From Eledone cirrhosa (lineage: Eukaryota): a DNA stretch of 22,981 bases. Within the stretch, counting starts at the first letter, position 1; every line of letters begins with the position of its first letter. The position numbers and the translations under genes are program-made. A model generated the notes under the pieces. The model was not told the origin of the DNA. It saw nothing but the letters and a program-made list of their open reading frames with translations, and ran no database searches. Shown piece by piece: positions 13,889 through 22,981 of this stretch. The stretch is from contig CAXHJY010000745.1 in the NCBI GenBank assembly GCA_964016885.1, forward strand, positions 1 through 22,981, read 5' to 3'.

Positions 13889-14445
13889 CTCTAGGGCGGG
13901 TAAAATTCCCGAGATCCATGGACGAGTTCTCTCCAGCGGTCTCTGTCCCTCATTATCGCTGCCATGTCCTGCGTCTCCAACAGACCAGTGTCAGTCCTTA
14001 GGGCATCAACATACGTTAACCTCGGTCTTCCTCTTCCAGTATGTCCATGTAGGGGCTCCCACAGGAGCACTGAGTGCAATGTCAACGCTGGATGTCGGTG
14101 AGCATGTCCAGCAAACCTCAGTCTCCTCTGTGTCACTTTTGAGCTGACTTTTGGGAGGCTCCCATACAGCTCTGAGTTTTTCATCCTGTATTTGGGAGCA
14201 AAGATTGGGAATACGGAAGATGATGTGCTTGAGAGGAAGAGCAAAGCCTGGGCGGCGTGCCTCAGCTTGAGATCGGTGTGGAAGACGGACCTTCGTAAAG
14301 ACCTGAAAATCCGCCTCTTCATTGCTGCAGTGGAGTCTGTGATGCTGTACGGGTCTGAGACTTGGACACTAACCAAGAAACTCACTCTGGTGGTGGATGG
14401 GTGCTACACAAGAATGCTGAGGATGGCTCTGAACATTAATCAATA
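13889..14445 (-). mobile_element. RTE/RTE-X-type LINE 3' fragment with 5' inversion
   Basis: Minus strand 14190-13891 encodes ELYG.LP.VS....RRLRFAGH..R...LLWEP.HG...RGRP..TYVD.L..DTG...DR.RWR*. Plus strand 14189-14445 encodes the part immediately upstream, YLGA...KIRLF.A.VESVMLYGSETWTLT....DGCYTRMLRMALNI. Both ends lie in (TA)n. Confidence 0.88.
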
Positions 14446-15532
14446 TATATATATATATGTATATAATATAAGATCAAAATTATTATATTAATACCTATAA
14501 TAATATCTCTATATAGTTGTACAAATATGTTTATCTAGTGTAATAACATACTCGTAGTTACATTTATAAATAATTTAGATACTCAAATGACTCTATATTG
14601 TTATAAGTGTTTGATATTCCCTGGAAGTTCGAATTTATATAATGATTTTTACTTAATATAATATAATTTAATTTAATTTAATTTATTTTAATTAAATTTA
14701 GATTACCTTCGGCTTTTTCAAATATTTAGCTCCTCTTTCTATCACATTCGCTAAAATATTTTAGACGGATCTTTTGTCTACTATATATTAAAACCCTATT
14801 ACATTTATAATATATTTTTAATTTTGGACATTTTTAAGTTTCGCAAACAATTCATTATTTTTATTTTTTATTTTTATATTTATTTTGTATTTAGCCCCTA
14901 TCATTAGGACTCATGTAGTTTTGACATATATGTTTATAGTATATATCAACTAAATGAAAATAATTGATATAAAACATTAACTTTTTAACAATATTTGTTT
15001 AACAATATATTTTAACTATATATATTTTTTTAACAATATTTTCAGTAACATATTTACTATATTGTATTATTGTATTATATTATATATATTGACACAAGCA
15101 AAATTGCTTTTAAATTGAAATATACTGAAATAATAAACTCTCTTTATGATATACAATGTTATAACATACTAAGGTTGCATTTGAGTAAAGCGATTCATAA
15201 CATCGCTCATATTCAAACACTATAAATATTTTCTTTAATTCGATGATGTAAGAAAAAAAAAAAAAATGAAATTGAGAAATGGACTATATATTTTCTTAGC
15301 CCAAAGGAAAGATGAACAGATGAAATGAAATCGTAAAAATAGAAAGAAAATATTTTTGCGCTTCAAAGAAAGGAATAAACAAGGATTGCATGTAGATATC
15401 AATGGATTGTTTTCTTTGTATTTGTTATGAGAACGATTTTTGTAAGGGATAAAATCAATCGATGCCCAATAGAAATAAAATAGATGTTCCCTTCATGATC
15501 TGATTTGGATCTAGAAGACAGGGAATGAATTT

Positions 15533-15798
15533 TCACCACCATAGGCGCTGAGCTGGCCAGCGCCTATGGTGGTGAGTAAGGAGGTAGCCCTGGGGCCGAG
15601 GATACCAGAAGTTTCCACTGCCAGGGGAACGACCACAAATCTGTCGGAGAGCGACCGGTATTTGAGGAGTTTGGCCCCCTCAGCCCGACGTGCAGCAGAA
15701 CCTGGGTCAGTCGCAGACTGCACCAGGTTGCGGCTGCAGAAAGTGTCGGTGCAAGTGGCATCCCAGACGAGGGGTTTGCCACCGCGGAACGGGAACGT
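15533..15798 (-). mobile_element. Fragment of a restriction-like-endonuclease non-LTR retrotransposon (CRE-like)
   Basis: GC-rich island. Minus strand encodes PFRGGKPLVWDATCTDT...GSAARRAEGAKLLKY....VPLAVETSGILGP, the WD.T..D / K..KY / P.AVET.G pattern of CRE-type REL domains. Confidence 0.75.
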
Positions 15799-16528
15799 TG
15801 TATATTATATTTGTTTTATTGTTCATGTATTTACTATCTTTTTTATTTATGTAATTTTGATCAGTAATGAATAAATGAGAATGAATACGTCATTGTTCTT
15901 TGATGATGTCTCTTGTTTGTTATTTATATTTTTTTATCGCCATTGAGTAACATTTATTTTGTCACTATTGAAGTGGTTTCTTTTAAACATATTAGGGGAA
16001 AGTACAAAAGCTTTGGGACAAATCTCAAAGAAATGTAGATTTATTTTTCAATATAAAGCTGCTTATAATTAAAAGAAATAAAGCTATAATACATTTTTGT
16101 TTCTTATATAAATCTTTCTTTCTTTTCGAAGTATCAGTGTTTATTTTATGTGCATTTGAAATATCATCTCTCTCCTTTAAAAAAAATAGACACCTAAAAT
16201 ACAGGCACCAACAAACAGAAAAGAACAAAGTTGAAAGGAAAAGAGAAAAGAATCCTTGAAATAATTACAGAGTCTCCTGTCTAACGGAACGACAACTATG
16301 TCTCCGGTACTGTAGGATTCATTTCTATAAAAAAATAAAGATGTTATACTCCACCAATGTATATTGAATAAATGATGGTGATCGGTTCATTTTCTAACTA
16401 AATATTTTTATCCACGAATTCTGGAAGTACACATTTCTCATTATCGAAATTTAAATTTCTGCACAAACTTTGCTTACGAATATTCTCACAGGAACCAGAA
16501 ACCCACACATTCATACACACAAGGGACG

Positions 16529-16560
<32 letters not shown>

Positions 16561-16623
16561 ACAGAAAAAGTAGAAAAATACAAGAGGATGACTAGACATG
16601 TCTAAAAAATTTGGTGCAATAAT

Positions 16624-16973
16624 ATTTTTTGATTTAGGTACAAGGCCAACAATTTTGGAGGGAGAAGTCGATTAAATCGACTCAAGTGCATTACTGGTAC
16701 TTTATTTTATCGACCCCGTAAAGATGATAGGAAAAACGAACCTCGGCGGGATTTGAATTTGAATATAAAGGGCGATAACTCTATGTTGCAAAGCATGGCC
16801 TCCGACCCTCTACAGATATTGTTTCTAATTTTGGAACAAGGCCAGCAATTACCCAGTACATTACTGGTACTTTATTTTATCGACCCCGTAATGATGAAAG
16901 GCAAAGTTAACCTCGACGAGATTTGAACTCAGACCGTAATAGGACGTAACTCTACCGATATTGCCAATCCACC
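16624..16973 (-). mobile_element. Two adjacent family A SINE copies (about 16624-16820 and 16819-16973)
   Basis: The body CATTACTGGTACTTTATTTTATCGACCCCGTAA..GATTTGAA occurs twice, head to tail. Confidence 0.85.
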
Positions 16974-17540
16974 AGATAAATAAATACGAAAGCTATTTAT
17001 TGTAGAGTTGTTTCCCTTACACGGTGGTCGTTGGTTACTAGAAACGTATGTTTGTTAAGCTCTTGTTATTGTTTGTTGATATCGATAATGTTGCTGTTAA
17101 TGCCTTTGTTGTTTAATCCCACGACAATCTCAACCCTGACTGAGCAGGTTTATGCTTAAAAGTGTTCCACAGATGACCAATTCCCCTTTTCTATCAAACT
17201 GTATCAAATGTGAGACCGCTCCTTTTCAGTAGGGAAGGGTGTAATTTGATCGATATTTGGTTGCTATTTCTAGCTTATCAAAGAACCATATAGAGGCTCA
17301 TTCGTTGACTTGATGTGTAATTTTAATGTAAGATACATCATTATTTGGTATTTTAGTGCTGAAATTTAAAAAAAATCTTTTTTTTTTTTTCTGCAATGAG
17401 TTTATTAACGGACAAATTATATTTCGCGAGTATTACTATTGAGACTTCAAGTTCTCTAATGCTCCAGTCTGTCACTTTCCTTACCAAATTGTCTATCCGA
17501 ACTCGTTATCTTCAATTCGGTATTCCTGCCAACCCATACC

Positions 17541-17618
<78 letters not shown>

Positions 17619-18367
17619 GGGTGCAATTGGAAATAGAATAGCGCGGAAAATATACTTAAGGGTCTGTCTTTGTTTTTTCCTTTCTTTGATTCGTCAAAGT
17701 GACATTATTGAAAAAATGACAGGGACAATTCTTTTAAAAAAGAGTTTTATAATGTATATAAAGTATATAAAGTATGACCGATTTCGATGTATTAGTAAAA
17801 TTCATCTTATCAAATGTTGAGTATTACAATTAAAAATAATTAATGAGAATTAAAAATTAAAAATTAAAGATTTAAAATTAAGTGTTGAGGCAAGTTTTTT
17901 CATCTTCATTGTTGAGAAGAAGACTGGAAAAAAAACCCATAAATAAACCCGTAGAGCAAATATTAGCACAGATTAAGTCTAAGCAAACAATTTTCTGCTT
18001 TCACCCCCACCCTCTTTCTTTTTTAAAAGCTGTGAATGTTAATCATAATAAACAGAACAATAAGGAATCGAAAAAGATCGAGAAGAAAAAGAAAAAAAAG
18101 AAAGAAATTAAGCAACGAAATGGAAAGTGGGGGTCGGAGCAACAGCCCGTATACCCCAGTAAACGAAATGTCTTTAAATTTATGTAGTCTCATTGATGTG
18201 TTAACGAATTCTTTACAGTAACAAATATGGTTCATGAATGAATTAGATTCGTTACCAAAGGGTCCTCTGTATAGCTTTATATTTACTTTTGTTTTAGGTT
18301 TTCTATTTAGTTGGTGTTTACTATCAAGACAGTCAACACTGTATAATGGTGTACATGTGTGTTTTGA

Positions 18368-18601
18368 TGCGTGGTTTAGTGGTCAAAGTGTTAGCCCCCG
18401 TGTGGTGGAGCGTTGTATCATCGTCGTTGCTCCAGTTCACTCATCCGTAATTCAAAGGGTCAGCATTGTCACGCACTGTCGCGTTGAATCTACCTGAGAA
18501 CTATTGGGTCGTCAAGTATGAAATTTGTAGAAATTTGTATTAAAAAAACAAATTTCTACAAATTTGATACTTGACGATCCAATATATTACGGGTGCATGT
18601 G
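18368..18601 (+). mobile_element. Degenerate SINE (family B-like), interrupted near its 3' end by a small MITE
   Basis: A-box-like GTGGTTTAGTGGT. TTGCTCCAGTTCACTCA matches TTGCTCCAGTTTACTCA on the minus strand of the 20808-20946 element. Boundaries are approximate. Confidence 0.45.
18502..18584. mobile_element. 83-bp hairpin MITE, Tc1/mariner-like (TA-flanked)
   Basis: 37-bp inverted arms (18502-18538 / 18548-18584) with 2 mismatches and a 9-nt spacer. Ends read TA-TTGGGTCG...CGATCCAA-TA. Confidence 0.65.
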
Positions 18602-19269
18602 CCAAAAATATTTAAACGCATTCACGTTAATTGCATGAGAAGGCAGCTCCATCATTTTAACAACTGGTACAGACGTCGTCGAAACAAACGGAGGTCCAAT
18701 ACACACATATTTACAGACACGCAAAAACGTGAGTGCACACACACACACACACAAGCAAACACTCACGCCTACATGCATTTATGCCATTGTCATCCCTCCT
18801 CTAAAAAAAATATGAAGCACATATTACTTTACTCTATAGTAAAAACTGACAGTATTTAAAGGATTAACTGTTAAAGCCCGCATGTCACTAATCCCAGCAG
18901 CTTCTGTTGTTGTTGTGACCTAAAATGCTGCAACCTGTTTGATCGTTCGGTTTAGTAGTTGGACAAGTTCAGTCACATTTACCTCTCTTCGTTACTTATG
19001 GAGAAAATGTTATACGCTTCTTAAATATTATTATCATTATCATAATAATAATAATTATTTCTCTCACTTCTTTAATGTCTTTATTAACCATGTCTGATGG
19101 TTGTTACCAGAGTGCAGCTCCAAGGACCTCGCGAAAAAAAGAGTAATTACTATTTGAAATTTCCTTTTATTATTATTATATTGTTTCAATTTTCATTTTT
19201 ATTGTTTATGTCTTTTTTTTCTTTTCTTATATAAATAATAAAAATATTTACACGCACAAAACACACATC

Positions 19270-19383
19270 GTACCATCCTGTGCGTCTGTAATGTTTTTCT
19301 TGATGTCAGCCCTTGTGGCCAATAAAGAAATTATTATCATTATTATTATCATTTTAAAATTATTATTATTATTATTATTATTA
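19270..19383 (+). repeat. Retroposon 3' tail (AATAAAGAAAT + (ATT)n), with a related copy at ~19790-19866
   Basis: TTCTTGATGTCAGCCCTTGTGGCCAATAAAGAAATTATTATC versus TTCTTAATGTCATCCCTGTGTGACTAATAAAGAAATAATTATTATC. Confidence 0.5.
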
Positions 19384-19875
19384 TGCTCCTACATACATTC
19401 TACAATGTCTCAACCAGTGGCCTGGGGTGGGTTATGGTTTGTTATGATGCATTTTTTAAAATCAGTTTCTTAAATAATTGATGGTATTTTATTGAAAGTT
19501 TAAGTACACAAGTAACAATGCATCCTACACATAAATATATACGCACAGACACAAGCACACAAACAGAATATTCATAGATTCAAAACGTCCATATATACAA
19601 TATTTACAAATACATATAGTCAGTAAAACCAATTAGAATATTTACAGTCTATACATTCCTTTTACAAATGTATGCGTATTTAAAGTCAGAATTAAATACA
19701 AAATATAAAGGATGAAATGCATCCTTGGTCTATGGATGTGTCACATTGGTGTATCCTTACCTAAAATTAGATTGAAAACGTTCTTTGCTTAATAACCCAC
19801 ACTGTCTTGTGTCGTCCTTTCTTAATGTCATCCCTGTGTGACTAATAAAGAAATAATTATTATCATTAAAGTATA

Positions 19876-20081
19876 GTAGTATCAGTAAAATGTCGGATAG
19901 CATGCTTCACGGCTTACAGTTACGGCTTTTTACGTTCTGAGTTCAAATCCCGCCGAGGTTAGCTTCGCCTTTCATTCTAACAGGTTCGATAAAATAAAGC
20001 ACCAGTAATACACTGGGGTCGATATAATCGACTTTCCCCTCCCCTAAAATTGTTGATCTTGTGCCTAAATCAGAAACCATT
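19876..20081 (+). mobile_element. tRNA-derived SINE (family A), near full length, with 11-bp target-site duplication
   Basis: B-box GAGTTCAAATCC. Reverse complement of the other copies. ATTAAAGTATA at 19865-19875 and 20082-20092. Confidence 0.88.
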
Positions 20082-20654
20082 ATTAAAGTATAAGATGCTT
20101 GAAAGAACCCTATATAATTATTGAGGAAGGGGGGGGGGGAGGGCTTTCTTGTTATTTTTGGTTATTGTTATTTCTTATATTATTCTTCATTCACCCCTTT
20201 TACTCGACGTAAATCTCTCGCTGATTTTGTATTTTGGTCTCTTATATTAACTACAAAATCTTCGGCTAACGTGACCAATAAAATAATTATTTATGGTGTC
20301 TCGTACTCACTTCGACAGCACATGTACGGAAATTATTATCATCATTATTATGATGTAAAAGTAGTACCTGTGATATACACATCCACACGCTTCGGGTCGC
20401 AGTCGAGTTCTTTCTCTAGTTATTAACCATATAGCATACAGAAAGCATCTATAAACAACCCAGCACAGAAGACGACACACGCCAAACCTGGTGCTGACAT
20501 GAATATCATCACATTGATCCCGCATTTCATCAGGGAGAGAGAGAGAGAGGGAGAGAGAGAAGGACACACACAAACACATCGATCTATTCATCTATGCCGG
20601 CCTCATTTCTTCTCTTTCTCTCCTTTTATTCTTTATATATATATATCATTTCAT

Positions 20655-20795
20655 TTTTTCATTTTACGTTCGCTTTTTCCCTGCTTGCAAGGGTGGGACG
20701 GGAACTGATTCTGGCTTGATTTCTACAGCTGGATGACCTTCCTAACACCAACCTCATTTACAGTGAGTGCTGGGTGTTTTTTTGCCGTGGCACCT
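20655..20795 (-). mobile_element. Probable SINE body/tail fragment
   Basis: TTTCTACAGCTGGATGACCTTCCTAACACCAACC resembles a widespread SINE body motif, recalled from memory. Only one copy here, so it cannot be confirmed internally. Confidence 0.4.
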
Positions 20796-20807
20796 CCAGT
20801 CCCTATC

Positions 20808-20946
20808 ATCTCATTTCTACAGCTGAGTAAACTGGAGCAATGTGAAATAAGTGTCTTGCTCAAGGAAACAACACATCACCCGGTCTGAGAATTGAACTCA
20901 CAACCTTCGATTGCAAGGCCAATGCTCTAACACTAAGCCACGTGCC
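20808..20946 (-). mobile_element. tRNA-derived SINE head and central domain (family B; Meta/CORE-like)
   Basis: Minus strand shows A box GTGGCTTAGTGTTAGAG, B box GAGTTCAATTC, then TCCTTGAGCAAGACACTT...TTGCTCCAGTTTACTCAGCTGT. Confidence 0.72.

Positions 20947-22981
<2,035 letters not shown>

Noticed and set aside
12664-13894. Overlapping 70-180 aa ORFs
   Set aside because: Microsatellite read-through and AT-rich UTR sequence.
13891-14385. 164-aa minus-strand ORF as one protein
   Set aside because: Chimeric: its N-terminal part is the antisense of the inverted LINE segment.
17105-17310. Possible degenerate interspersed repeat (..GCTATTTCTAGC..TAGAGGCTC..)
   Set aside because: It resembles a repeat I recall, but there is only one copy here and no internal evidence for boundaries or class.
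17882-18221. Lys/Arg-rich short ORFs
   Set aside because: Produced by A-rich low-complexity sequence, with no domain or splice support.
20527-20533. Minus-strand CTGATGA
   Set aside because: No downstream stem II/GAAA arrangement.
20870-20946. tRNA gene suggested by A and B boxes
   Set aside because: The cloverleaf is incomplete and runs into a SINE body, so it is a SINE head.

Overview
AT-rich eukaryotic genomic DNA. The tRNA-derived SINEs resemble repeats I recall from octopod cephalopod genomes, so that taxon is an inference only. About 9 kb of the window is interrupted (TA)n microsatellite, which produces all the long YIYI 'ORFs'. There is one convincing host gene: a GT92/DUF23 glycosyltransferase whose coding sequence lies in a single exon (7114-8559, +). 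The rest is mobile DNA: a 5'-truncated Penelope-like element (GIY-YIG), an internally inverted RTE-type LINE fragment, a CRE-type endonuclease fragment, several SINEs and two palindromic MITE-like elements. The most striking signal, invisible in the ORF track, is five type I hammerhead ribozyme motifs from four different sequence families. One lies in a highly structured 467-bp tandem repeat (a candidate non-LTR retrozyme/circRNA). One is a core-variant motif in a 330-bp island between two giant TA arrays. Two are U3-A8 variant copies forming perfect 98-bp inverted repeats around a 1.1-kb non-coding element. The last lies at the 3' end of the Penelope element. Each ribozyme-bearing element has an end running directly into a (TA)n array, which suggests an ecosystem of ribozyme-carrying retroelements mobilised into TA microsatellites by Penelope-like machinery. 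All folds were read by eye and are untested.
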